NCBI RefSeq assembly: GCF_009914755.1
Contig: NC_060925.1
From: the human T2T-CHM13v2.0 reference genome, Homo sapiens
DNA length: 64,000 nt
Direction: 5' to 3' (one strand)
Part shown: piece after piece, positions 1-16,052 of the stretch
Numbering within the stretch: the stretch's first letter is position 1
How the letters are laid out: every line of letters starts with the position of its first letter
Position numbers and translations under genes: made by a program
The notes under the pieces: generated by a model
Seen by the model: the letters and a program-made list of their open reading frames with translations, nothing else
Told to the model about the DNA's origin: nothing
Databases searched by the model: none

Positions 1-310
1 CTAACTTCAGAGATAACACTCTTATGATTGGACCTTCAGGTACTAAGGAAGTGAACACAGTAAGATCACATTTCTGCCCTTATTGAGTCTACTGAGGGAT
101 GGGCAAAGAAGCAAACTTGCAATTCACATATAGTACCCCTGTGCTTCTGTAATACTGATTTTCCTAAGGTGCTATGGAAACACAGAATAACAACTAAATT
201 AGACCAGTGATGCTTTCCACAGAAACTGGCATGTGAACTGCTTAAGTTTTGTTTTGTGATGACTCTGAGGAGAGGGGTTAGTGGGGAAGGCTGTAAGAAA
301 TACGCTATGT

Positions 311-653
<343 letters not shown>

Positions 654-819
654 TTATCTAGGCAAACTGATCCTAGCTTCTAAAGCTAACTATGTGTTGA
701 GTCCTCAGCTGCAGCATCCAGGAGCAATTTTCTCTCACACAGTACCCCCTAATTTATGTTGGTTATGATAGTTAGCCATGGTTAAGCCACCTTGGAGCAG
801 TCTTTTACCTTCAAGTTGG

Positions 820-1115
820 GGGGGTGCTGTGGCTCACACCTGTAATCTGAACACTTTGGGAGGCCAAGGTGGGTGGGTCACTTGAACCCAGGAGTTCTAG
901 ACTAGCCTGGGCAACAAGGTAAAACCCAGACTCTACAAAAAATACAAAAATTAGCCCAGCATGGTGGCACGCGCCTGTAGTCCCAGCTACAGGAGGCTGA
1001 GGTGGGAGGACCTCTTGAGGATAGAAGGGGGAGGTTGTAGTGAGCTGAGATCACACCACTACACTCCAGCCTGAGTGACAGAGCCAGACCCTCAAAAAAA
1101 AAAAAAAAAAAAAAA
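820..1115 (+). mobile_element. Alu (AluJ-like)
   Basis: Dimeric Alu with A-tail. Confidence 0.92.
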
Positions 1116-1207
1116 AGTTCACGCTGCTTCAACTTTTGATCTTCAGGGTCAAAAGGATGAGTGTTAACCAAAGAAATAATGAAACAGTTAAAAAAAAAAA
1201 AGGCATG

Positions 1208-1575
<368 letters not shown>

Positions 1576-1584
1576 TAAAAAAAA

Positions 1585-2008
<424 letters not shown>

Positions 2009-2158
2009 TGATATACAAACTTTTTAAAAGCAGTTTGAATTTTAACTCAATGCAAGAAATGGTTTTGACAGACCATATATTCATTCTCTCTTCACTGGTA
2101 TAAATATTTTTTTTCTTCATTATGATTTTTTTTCAATAGAAATATTTGCATTATCTTC

Positions 2159-2490
2159 GCCTGGGTGTCGTGGCTCACGCCTGTAATCCTAGCACTTTGG
2201 GAGGCTGAGGCGGGTGGATTACTTGAGGTCAGACGTTCAAAACCAGCCTGGCCAACATAGTGAAATCGTGTCTCTACTAAAAATTAAAAAAAAAAAAAAA
2301 ATTAGCTAGGTGTGGTGGCGGCCGCCTGTAATCCCAGCTACGCAGGAGGCTGAGGCAGGAGAATCTCTTGAACCTGGAAGGCAGAGATTGCAGTAAGCCA
2401 AGACTGCCACTGCACTCCAGCCTGGGCAGCAAGGTGAGACTTTGTCTCAAAAACAAACAAACAAAAAACCAAAACAAACAAACAAAAAAA
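2159..2490 (+). mobile_element. Alu (AluS-like)
   Basis: Dimeric Alu with (CAAA)n tail. Confidence 0.93.
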
Positions 2491-2970
2491 CCTCCACATC
2501 TTCATGAACCCTCAGACGCTGGAGCTGGGTATCAGTTTTTTAGCCAGCTTTTGTGGGAACTGCCTTTGACAGACCTATTAAAGAAGGAAAGGGGGTATGG
2601 AGTCCCAGCCACTCAAGAGACTGGATATCCCCCAAGAATGGCTTGGGTTAACAGCTATGGACCCTTGGAAGATGAATCAAATCCTTCTCCTCACTGGTTT
2701 TTCTTTGCAAATTCATTTGCTTTTATTTTTCTAATAACTCTAAGCTCTGTCTATTTTCCATGTTCTCAGAGCCCCTGGGCAGACAGACACAGCTTGATTT
2801 CAGAGCAGACGTAGGCCAAGAAACCATAGCATTGAGTGTCCTGAGTCCAGACAAATGATATTTATATACACATCCAAATTTGAAGAGAAAATGTATTTCT
2901 TTAGGTTTCAAACACTGTAACAGATATAAAGTAAAAAAAAACCTGTTGCAAAGTTCTAAAAATATATATC
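2491..2970 (+). pseudogene. Retroposed mRNA 3'-UTR-like fragment joined to an upstream Alu
   Basis: Non-repeat sequence ending in an A-rich tail. An exact 13-bp direct repeat tatttgcattatc at 2143-2155 and 2971-2983 brackets the Alu plus this fragment. Confidence 0.55.
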
Positions 2971-3256
2971 TATTTGCATTATCAACAAGGACACAATTTG
3001 GTTTCTACAAACAGAAAAAGACTATTAAAACTAACAGTTCTTCATCTACCCTCAGATATAGACTGAAGTTAATGTTCAAAATATAATCAGAATCACAGAC
3101 TTTGTCCCTGGGGCTCCAGTGTTATTTGCAACAAAATAAAATGAAAGTTAACATTATTAAGCACTGAGTATGCAAAATGCTAGACATTTTCAAACATATC
3201 ACCTTATAATTTTTCTATACTGTTTCTTAATTTTAAAATTGAAGGTGGCGGGGTGG

Positions 3257-3405
3257 GAGCCAGGCACAGTGCTGTGTGCCTGTAATCCCAGCTACTTAGG
3301 AGGCGGAGACAGGAGAACTGCTTGAGCTCAGGAGTTTAAGACCAGCCTGGGCAACACAGAAAGGTCCTGTCTCAAAATAAACAAACAGATAAATAAATAA
3401 ATAAA
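3257..3405 (+). mobile_element. FLAM monomer
   Basis: Monomer with (TAAA)n tail. Confidence 0.85.
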
Positions 3406-4376
3406 TCTGGCATGTAACAGAAGATACTATTAAAATATAGATAGATAACCACTTTAAAATTCTCAGTACTATTACTAAGCATTAATACCTATGCCATTAA
3501 CAGTTCTAGAAATCTTTTTAGTAAAACTTCTTTTCTCTACTCTCTTCTTTGTCCACAAGTCTTAGGCTTCCAATGCTCTTTCATTAGCAGAATGTCCATC
3601 TAGCTATGCCTGGGGAGATCCCATTCCAATTTAACTATGAATATTTATCAGGAACAGAGAGGTTACCTGTAAAATACCAGCCTTCTAATGAGTACCAATG
3701 TAATTTTAAGTCACCGGCTTAGTTTATACATTTTACATACCCCTCCACATTTTTTAAAAAGGGGAAAATTAGGTATAGCAAATTTTAAAACATAGGCCCT
3801 AATAAATTTGAAGCTCTAGCACAGGTATTTTTATATATATGAACATACAAAGCCATATATTATTAGCTTACATATATCAAGTATTGATAAAATCATCAAC
3901 AACACAAAGAAAATAAATGTAACACTCTTTATTGTCTTGACTGAGTTTATGTCTCATTCAGAGAGTACTTCTGCAACCCACTTGTAAGAAAGCACAGGGT
4001 TATTTTAATACACAAAGTAATTTTTCAAGGTGAACTTAAGGTTGAATTATGTTAGTAAAACAATCCACTTTATTAATTCCTGATGAAGAAGAGGAATGAC
4101 TTCCCTCCTGCCAACTAGCAGCAGGCCCATTTCACAGGGTACAATAGTAGTAGGCAAACTGTCTTGAACCAATAATAATCACAGTAATTTAAGGATTTCC
4201 TCTCTAGGAATTCCTTGAATCCAGAACTCCCTCTTAAAGTCTTCAGTAGACAGAAGAATTAGCTAAACTAACCCATAGCCCACCTATTAATACATTAATA
4301 GTACTAGGGGAAGCACTCACTATTATAAAGTATACATCAAAATTAAACAACTAGACTAGGAAAGATTAATTCATAC

Positions 4377-5104
4377 TGAGAGGTGAAGCCAGCTGGACTT
4401 CCTGGGTCGAGTGGGGACTTGGAGAACTTTTCTGTCTAGCTAGAGGATTGTAAAATGCACCAATCAGCACTCTGTGTCTAGCTAGACAATTGTAAATACA
4501 CCAATCAGCTCTCTGTAAAACCACACCAATCAGAGCTCTGTGTCTAGCTAAAGGATTGTAAATGCACCAATCAGCACTCTGTAAAAACGCACCAATCAGT
4601 GCTCTGGGTCTAGCTAAAGGATTGTAAATACACCAGTCAGCACTCCGTAAAAACACGCCAATCAGTGCTGTGTGCGTAGCTAAAGGACTGTAAATGCACC
4701 AATCGGCACTCTGTAAAATGGACCAACCAGCAGGATGTGGGCAGAGACAAATAAGGGACTAAAAGCTGGCCACCCCAGCCAGCAGTGGCGACCCACTCGG
4801 GTCCCCTTCCACGCTGTGGAAGCTTTGCTCTTTTGCTCTTCACAATAAATCTTGTTGCTGCTCACTCTTTGGGTCTGCACCACCTTTAAGAGCTGTAACA
4901 CTTGCTGCAAAGGTCCGTGGCTTCATTCTTGAAGTCAGCGAGACCACCAACCCACCAGAAGGAAGAAATTCCGTACACATCTGAAGGAACAAACTCTGGA
5001 CACACCATCTTTAAGAGCCGTAACACTCACCGCGAAGGTCCGCGGCTTCATTCTTGGAGTCAGCGAGAACAAGAACCCACTGGAAGGAACCAATTCCGGA
5101 CACA
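4377..5104 (+). mobile_element. LTR12-family (ERV9; LTR12F-like) solo LTR
   Basis: Ends TGAGAGGTGAAGCCAGCTGG...GGACACA, tandem CCAATCAGC enhancer repeats, 4-bp TSD atac. Confidence 0.92.
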
Positions 5105-5122
5105 ATACCTGGGCTTCAGGGC

Positions 5123-5475
5123 TGCTATGAACTGAATGTTTGTATACTTTCCAAAATTCATACATTGAAGCCCTAACCCCCAATGTGATGATTATTTGGA
5201 TATGGGGTCTTTGGGAGGTAATCAGGTTTAGGTGAGGTCATGAGAGTGGGGCCTTGATGATGCAATTAGTGTTCTTATAAGAAGAGAAAGACAGATAAGA
5301 GCTTTCTCTCTCTTTCTGCCTTGGGAGGACACAATGAGAAGGTGACAAAGCCAGGATGAGGGACTGATTTTGTCAGCACCATGGTCTTGGACTTTTGACA
5401 TTCACAAATAAAGGGCTATTGTTTAAGCTACCCAATAAATGGTATTTTGTTATGGCAGCCCAAGGGGACTAATAT
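5123..5475 (+). mobile_element. MLT1A/B-type MaLR solo LTR
   Basis: MLT1 signature tgctatgaactgaatg...gccctaacccccaatgtgatg...gttatggcagccc. Confidence 0.8.
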
Positions 5476-5641
5476 AAAGGCTTTTAGGGCCTCTGTATTC
5501 ATAGTACTCAAGTAAACAGCTGTCATGAGTTCAGCACAGGCTTCTAATGTACAAATCCAAATTGAAATCTCACTCACTAAAATCCCTTTTCATAGGGTAT
5601 CACAGAAAGCAATATACTTTTGTCAAAACTCGTATAACTCA

Positions 5642-5803
<162 letters not shown>

Positions 5804-5873
5804 TTATTGTATATGAATTATAACTCCATAAAAACATTAACCATAAAAAAATGCCTGAATAATCGAATAGTGA

Positions 5874-6261
<388 letters not shown>

Positions 6262-7934
6262 ACAATCCACTTTTAATCAGTGTAAATGGGAACCATGGAC
6301 TTGCTGCATCAAGTAGAGCAAATAACATTATATGTCCACTGACAAATATGAGCTCTCAGCAGTGAAATTATACTTCTCAAATCAGTGCTATGTGTGCAGT
6401 TAAGACGAATATAAAGTACTAACATCAATACAGTGATTGAAATCTCATTTCATTCCTGTTATGTGCATATGTTATTTCTTTTCTTGCACTGTATATTTTA
6501 AACAAAAATAACAATTTAAAATTGGCTTATAAGGTTCATCTTCACTAGATTTTATTTTCTAAATATGGCCTGATAGTGAAGCAAGAACAAAGACTTTATT
6601 TGAGATTACTGTGATTTTTTTAATTATAAAAATGTAATAATTTTAAAATGTGGTATTGAATTTTTCATTAATACTTTACCATTTATATCTTTCCAAATGC
6701 CCTAACATTTTTTCTCTCTTTTGTCTCTTTAGGAATACTTTGTGATCTACAATATTATTTTTATCTCTTTAGCTACATCAAGATTTTAAATTAAAAAGCG
6801 TGACACATGGCAATTTAAATTTCCATTCTAAACTTACAGAGTCATATGAGTTCTTGTCAACAAAAGACCAAATTTACCATAATTATGGGTTATTTACACT
6901 AAAACAAAATAAGAAATCAATATGTAAATGTAATGTTTGTTGTAGCTAATGCAGCTAGCAATGACAGATTAGGTTCAAATAGCAATCAGTTTGAAAATCT
7001 GGCACATATGTAAATGAGCTAGGGCCTTGATGTTTACATTAGATTGTATTTCATTCAGGATTTTTAAATTGTCTCAGGAACAGCATAAAAATAAAATGTT
7101 AATCTTTCCACTATAAATATGATTTGAGCTCTCATCACAACTGAAACTAGGTTTTGCTCCTGTCCAGCTAAACTAACATATACTAATAATTCTGAGCTGC
7201 AGATTACATCATTCTTAATTAACACCCTGCTACAGTTGTTAACATCCTCCAAGACACCATGTTATCATCACCACAAGTTCTGTAACAATCTTAAAACCAT
7301 GTTTAACGAAGGTTGGCCTCTTACTCTACAGCTACTTTTAATTGCTTTCTTTGCTGGCAATTAAACATGTCTAGATAAATAAACATTTGGTTTCACATAA
7401 TTTCTAATAACATTTTTCATGATGATTTCAAAGTTCAGGTGGCCTCAGGTCTATAATTACTGTTTAATCAATATAGTGATATATTGGATACATCAAAATG
7501 TATTAACCAAAGTATGTAAAATTAATCAAAATGTGGTAATTAGTGATGATAGTGATATATTGTGATGCATCAAGTAGTACATGGCAAAACTGTCAAAACA
7601 CAATTCTAACCATCTAGACAAAATTTGAAAAAAGCAAAGAAATATTTATAGACATATCAATTTTTGTTTCCTAGAGTAGTGACCAAGTTTCTGACTATCC
7701 ATTAAATCAACCGTAGAGAATACCCGCAGTTCTTTTTCAAAATGTGATGCTAACAAGCTAATCTCAGTAGTCACTGAACTATCAATAGGCAATAAACTGT
7801 ATAAATGGGTTTGGTACCTCACTCCAATTAGATGTGTTGTGATTTCCATCAGTGCTTTAATTGAGGACAAGTTTCTTCTTTCATCCAGAGTGCATAACTT
7901 TTGGGAAATGTCCTCTTCTTAAAATTAAACACAC

Positions 7935-8206
<272 letters not shown>

Positions 8207-8449
8207 TTTTAAGTGGCCCCTTATTAAAAAACATTTACCAGCCCAGTACTTTCAAATTTCACTTTTAAAAATCTAACAATGATGCTCACTACAATTAAAT
8301 TTAAGTTGAACAGTAATCACAATGTACTTGAAATACTGATTATATCAATTTATTCTTGAGAAATGAAATTACTTTAAGAATAATATATCAAATCATGCAT
8401 TGTTCTAATTACAATACTGATAACTTAAAATACTTTTACGGATAAATAT

Positions 8450-9053
8450 TGACGGAGTTCAGGAAATGCCAACCCCACAATATGACACTTTGGTATGCTG
8501 CTTACTTTGAACTGAGGGCACTTGGGGAACAGCTGACACAAACACAGGCTTTCTATGAGCTCTCCTTATCTGCCTAAAGACAGATCCTCCAAAAGGAACT
8601 CAACTGTCCTGAACCCCCACCCTAGGAATCTTATCAACCAGGGAAAATTAACTCATGTTACAGAAAAGGAGACTGAAGGCTGAAACCATACCCAGACAGA
8701 TGATCACCTCTTCTTCTGAGAGCTACTCTGAGACCATTTTTACTACCTGAGAGACCTTTTATTTGTATAATAAGACAACCTTTATTCACCATACATTTCC
8801 TCTCCTTACCCTCTCATAACTTGTATCATACCATCCACCAGAAGCCCCACGCTCCTATTCCTTTCTGTAGCTCAGGATGCCATATAAGTTTCAATCATTT
8901 GATCATTCTTCGAGTCTCATATTTTGTGGGGCTTCTATGTGTACATATATAATTAAGTATGTTTTCCTCTTGTTAATCTGTTTTATGTAAATGCAATTTG
9001 TACCCAGCCAAGACCCCAGAGGGTGGAGGGAAAACATTTATTGCTTCCCTACA
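8450..9053 (+). mobile_element. ERV1 solo LTR (MER34-like)
   Basis: TG...CA ends, gttcagga..gcc..cccc..aatatg start typical of the MER34 group, 4-bp TSD atat. Confidence 0.75.
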
Positions 9054-9104
9054 ATATCATTCATGAAAATAACAAAAAGTTGTTTCGTAAAGCACTTTGG
9101 GAAA

Positions 9105-9446
9105 TTTTTTTTTTTTCTTTTGAGAGGAGTCTCACTCTTATCACCACGCTGGAGATAAGTCTCACCACCAGGCTGGAGATAAGTGAGACGAGTCTCACTC
9201 TTATCACCAGCGATCTCTGCTCGCTGCAACCTCCGCCTCCCAGGTTCAAGCAATTCTCCTGCCTCAGCCTCCAGAGTAGCTGGGACTACAGGCACGCACC
9301 ACTACGCCCAGCTAATTTTTGTATTTTTAGTAGAGACGGGGTTTCACCATATTGGCCAGGATGATCTCGATCTCACGACCTCAGGATCCGCCTGCGTCGG
9401 CCTCCCAAAGTGCTGGAATTACAGGTGTGAGCCACCGTGCCCGGCC
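9105..9446 (-). mobile_element. Alu with rearranged right-arm end
   Basis: Antisense Alu. Confidence 0.9.
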
Positions 9447-9556
9447 GGAAAAAAAAATTACAACTGAATCATTCAGACATTTACTTACATATATAAAGTT
9501 TTCAAAAAACTTATTTACAGGCCACTTTAAGGTCTCATTTTCTTTTTATTAAATCA

Positions 9557-9857
9557 TTTTTTGTTTGTTGGTTTTGGAGACAGGGTCTCACTCTGTCACC
9601 CACGCTGGAGTCAGTGGTACAATCTCAGCTCATAACAACATCAACCTCCTGGCCTCAAGCAATCCTTCCATCTCAGCCTCCCAAGTAGCTAGGACTACAG
9701 GCACGTGCCACTATGCCTGGCTGATTTTTTACTTTTTTGTAGAGATGAGGTTCCACTATGTTGCCCAGCCTGGTCTCAAACACCTGGGTTCAAGCAATCC
9801 TTCCACCTTAGCCTCCCAAAGTGTTGAGATTACAGTAGGAAGCCACTGTGCCTGGCC
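9557..9857 (-). mobile_element. AluJ
   Basis: Antisense diverged Alu. Confidence 0.9.
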
Positions 9858-10300
9858 AGGTCTCCTTTTCTGCTGCACTGCTAAAACCTCACAAATACTG
9901 ATCACTAAAAAAGCCAGCATGAAGAAGTCACACTCACAGAAAAATCATTTCAAAAGAAATTGTAGCAAATTATTTGGAGATATTAAAAAGTTAAAAACCT
10001 ACTGTTTTTTTCTACTTTGAAAACAAAAATACTTAGCCACAGGAGTCCCCCACTGGCAATTGCTCATCTATTCCTGAAAGAGCATCATCGCTTCATCCAT
10101 TCACTTAAACAACTTACTGAGCATCTACAAGGGCCAAAAAGCACTGTTTCTAGTTTACTTCATAAATGAACTAGATTGAAATGAGACTTTATGTTGAGGA
10201 CCACATTGATTCTGACCTTTTGAGCAACCTGTGAGTTGGTTAAAAACTCACCTCTAGAATGCTCAAAGACACGAATAACTTGGAATTAAGAGCACTATAA

Positions 10301-10633
<333 letters not shown>

Positions 10634-11052
10634 CTAGCTCTGTGACTTGGCAAAGAGAAGTTACTGAGCACATGCACTGTGCAAGGCCCGCTGCTCATAT
10701 ATGCTATCTTATTTTATCACATACTGACCTCTCTAAAATCCTATAAGGCAGAAATCATCCTGATCATTCTGAGTGAAGAAGCTAAGGCGTAAATCGACCA
10801 TTTTACTTCCTCTTTCAGTACCTCTCCTAGTCAAAAATAGGACTGAATTGGCTGATTGATTTAGCTCCTTCCAAAGCTGGTATCCTAGAGCTTTCCTCTC
10901 AATTCTAAGTCAGAGCTCTCATGGATGTGACTTATGTTGTATTAAGGAAGGACACCAAAGACTGAAATAGTAGGAAATAGACAAGAGAGAAAAATGTAAG
11001 GATTAATATTTGTGCAGATTATGAGGTGGTGGAGAAACAGAAACAGGATGAG

Positions 11053-11351
11053 GGCTGGGTGTGGTGGCTCACGCTTGTAATCCTAGTACTTTGGGAGGCC
11101 AAGATGGGTGGACCACCTGAGTTCAGAAGTTTGAGACCAGCCTGGCCAACACGGCAAAATCTCATCTCTACTACAAATACAAAAATGAGCCAGGTGTGGC
11201 GGCATGCTCCTGCAGTCCCAGTTACTCAGGAGGCTGATGCAGGAGAATTGCTTGAACCGGGAGGCAGAGGTTGCAGTGAGCGGAGACTGTGCCACTGCAC
11301 TCCAGCCTGTGCAACAGAGCAAGACTGTCTCCAAAAAAAAAAAAAAAATAA
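11053..11351 (+). mobile_element. Alu (AluS-like)
   Basis: Dimeric Alu; TSD aggatgag. Confidence 0.92.
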
Positions 11352-11562
11352 GTAGGATGAGAACTATTTGAAAGCGTCCTCAGCATGTCCTTCTAATAAC
11401 TAAGTCTCACAACAGTTCTACTATGACGCTTCTCAGTTATCTTTCATGGTTGGGATAACAGGGAGAGAGGAGAGTAGAGTGGCTAGAATGGCCTCAGTAC
11501 AGGATGACAGAGAGAAATTACCAAAAGAAAAAGCCACACTGTATGAATATCAATACACATTC

Positions 11563-12189
<627 letters not shown>

Positions 12190-12209
12190 CAACCATATAT
12201 ATATACATA

Positions 12210-12223
12210 TACACACACACACA

Positions 12224-12268
<45 letters not shown>
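12210..12268. repeat. (CA)n microsatellite
   Basis: Visible tandem repeat after an Alu tail. Confidence 0.95.
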
Positions 12269-12270
<2 letters not shown>

Positions 12271-13397
12271 CTGCTCAGTGGATGCATGCACCTCTTTGCT
12301 AGGACGAGGGCTAGGAGCACAGGTAGATACCTATTACCACTGCTGCTGGATGGTTATAAGAAGCAGAGATAAAGAGTATTTCAGAATTTTTCGCTTATTG
12401 TACCAAACTTAATGGGTATAGTGGAGTGCATAACAAACACAGAGAGTCTGAAAAGGCTTCAGGGAGAAGGTGTAAGTTTCTTTTGCTTTTTCTCAGGCTT
12501 CTGCCTCTGTTCACAGGGAAGATAAAATTTCTGCCCATGATGATTCTCCCCACAAGGGTAGAGTTTAAATGAGAAAATATGTAGCTTTCCCACTCCCCCT
12601 TCCTCCATTCTAGATTTGTTTCTCTTAGTGGAAAAATAGAGCCAATTAGAATTACTTACAAGGTCATACATACCACGTTAGATTTCACAGAAGCCAGGGA
12701 CAAGACCAGCAGTTTCCTCTTTCACTTCCTGTGCCCTAGTTCACTAAGTTCTCTACCATTTTTTTTACCCATTGTGGTAGGTGCACTCTGGACAAAGCTT
12801 ACCATGAGATCTCTAAGCTGTCTTTCCAAATGTGACTAGGTTAGTAAGGCAGGTCTACTGCATCAGTCCATCAGGCTCTGAAGACTCAATCATAACTCCT
12901 ACAGACCACATGAGCATAAAGGTTCTCAGATTTAGATCTAGAGCAAGATTTAAATTTAGATTTCGATTTAGATCTAGAGCAAGAGGTAAAAGACACCATT
13001 TAGGACTCAGGTCTAGGCCACATCCTCTCCATCAGGTGCTTGCCCGGCCATTAAAGCAGTTTTGTTTTCCAATTTGGCTACTGATTTCTATGTGTCTAAT
13101 CTACTGCTAAGAACCTTAGAAGAAAGGAAGGATGAGTGGCATTATGAACACCTAAAACTCTAGAAGAGCCTCTATTTTTTGGTAGGATCTGAGGCCCCGT
13201 GCAGACTTCCCTAAGTCATACAGTGATTCTGAAGCCAAGCTGGACCTAAAACTCAGCTATCTTGACTTACTACTCCTCAATTTCTTCCACAGCACCCACT
13301 GGAAAATATAAGAACTCTATTCTCGCTTAATTCATGGCTACTGTAATCTGCTTTCCCACCAATGGTTTTCCAAGGACAAAAACAAAAAGACATTTAA

Positions 13398-13693
<296 letters not shown>

Positions 13694-13910
13694 AAAAAGC
13701 CATATATTTTAACACCACTAGTTTACTCAACTATCACAGGAGTCCCATTTAGTACCCTGAATTTACTCCTGCTTGAACAAACAGCACTAATTCAAAGCCA
13801 TAGTTAAATGCAACTTCACAACCCAGAGGCCACAGAAGACAGTGATATGCTTGACTGCAGGACTAGAGCTCAATAATACCCTCATATGAAGCCATTAAAA
13901 TATTAACTGG

Positions 13911-14213
13911 GGCCAGGCGCAGTGCCTCATGCCTGTAACCCCAGCACTTTGGGAGGCCAAGGAAGGTGGATCACTAGGTCAAGAGTTCGAGACCAGCCTG
14001 GCCAAGATGGTGAAACCCTGTCTCTACTAAAAATACAAAAATAGTTAGCCAGGCACAGTGGTGGGCACCTGTAATCCCAGCTACTCGGGAGGCTGAGGCA
14101 GGAGAATCACTTGAACTCAGGAGGCGGAGGTTGCAGAGAGCCGAGATTGTGCCACTATACTCTAGCCTGGGTGACAGAGCAAGACTCAATCTCAAAAAAA
14201 TAATAATAATAAA
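13911..14213 (+). mobile_element. Alu (AluS-like)
   Basis: Dimeric Alu. Confidence 0.92.
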
Positions 14214-14351
14214 TAACTGGAACCGTAAGTCCAGCACAAAAAGATAAAAGTTCAATAGCAAGACTCAATACTACTTGTAAAAGGGACAACTACAAACAAT
14301 GGATACCCTATTTTCTGTCACACCTTGCTGTTATATAAAAATGAAGAAAAT

Positions 14352-14799
<448 letters not shown>

Positions 14800-14999
14800 T
14801 TAAAATGGAACTAGACATTTTCATCACTTACTAGACCGTGACTAAAGCAAGTTGCAAAGACTGTCTTTTATTATCAAGACATTTCTTCAGTCCTTTTCTA
14901 GCAAGGTGATCATCAGCAATACAAAGCCCAGAAATGTCAAACCTTCTCCAGTTATATTTATACATGGCCTTAGGGCTTTGGCACTAGCCATACCCCCAT

Positions 15000-15345
15000 A
15001 TTCTTCACTCTGCCCTTCACTTAGATGGCCCCTCCATTTTTAATGTCTCAGCTTAAATAGTCCATCTTCAGTGAGGCCTTTATTGACCTTACAACCCACA
15101 CTAGTCATTCAATTATTCACTATCATGTCACCATATTTTAGCTTTCTGGAAAGTACTCACTATCATCTGATATTTTTTCTTGTTATCTTCTCCATAGTTT
15201 TATTATAAACCAGATACACCTCTATACATATTATACTGTAAATTCTATGAAAGCAGGACCTTATCTGTCTTGCTCATTATATCCCTAGCACCTAGAACAA
15301 AGACTTAACACATTGTAGGATGATACTCAATATATATCTGGTCAA
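15000..15345 (+). mobile_element. L2 3' fragment
   Basis: L2-like 3' end tctcagcttaaat...cttcagtgaggccttt...cctagcacctagaaca...ctcaatatata. Confidence 0.6.
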
Positions 15346-15554
15346 TCAAAAGAAATCAAAGCTAAGGCAAATGTCTTTAGAAATGTGTCACTTTACAATA
15401 TTCGTTCCACAAACACTTCCAAGTATCTACTATGTTTCCGACACTTTTTTAGGTGGTAGGGATACAACAGTGAACAACAAAAAATCCCTGATTTTCTGTA
15501 GTTTTACATTGTGGTGAGAGAAACAGACAACAAATATGAATATAAATAAATTAC

Positions 15555-16052
15555 TGTGATGGTTAATATCGGGTGTCAACTTGATTGAAAGTATTGCTCC
15601 CTTGACTGAAAGTGTCTGTGAGGGTGTTGCCAAAGGAGATTAACATTTGAGTCAGTGGACTGGGAGAGGCAGACCCACCCTCAATCTGGGTGGGTATTGT
15701 CTAATCACCTGCCAGTGCAGCTAGAATAAAGCAGGCCGACTCCAAGTTCTTCAGCTCCAAGTTCAGACTCCAAGTTCTTCAGCTTTTGGACTCTTGGACT
15801 TACACTAGTGGTTTGCCAGGAGCTCTCGGACCTTTGGCCACAGACTGAAGGCTGCACTGTCAGTTTCCCTACTTTTAAGGTTTTGGGACTCGGACTGATC
15901 CCCTCCACTGCTTCCTTGCTTCTCAACTTGCAGATGGCCTATCATGGGACTTTAGCTTGTGATTGTGTGAGTTAATTCTCCCTAATAAACTCCCTTGCGT
16001 ATATACATATATCCTATTAGTTCTGTTCCCCTATAGAACCCTGACTAATACA
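15555..16052 (+). mobile_element. MLT2A (ERVL) solo LTR
   Basis: tgtgatggttaata...gtgtcaacttgattg...cctgactaataca with 5-bp TSD attac. Confidence 0.9.

Noticed and set aside
4440-4730. Regularly spaced repeats resembling a CRISPR array
   Set aside because: These are the LTR12 U3 CCAAT tandem repeats; the spacers are not unique and the DNA is primate.
7646-7918. Protein-looking minus-strand ORF (MSSIKALMEITTHL...) as an extra FAF1 exon
   Set aside because: It does not match the FAF1 sequence after SHAG (ALQESLNQ...), the splice signals are weak, and it ends in a stop.
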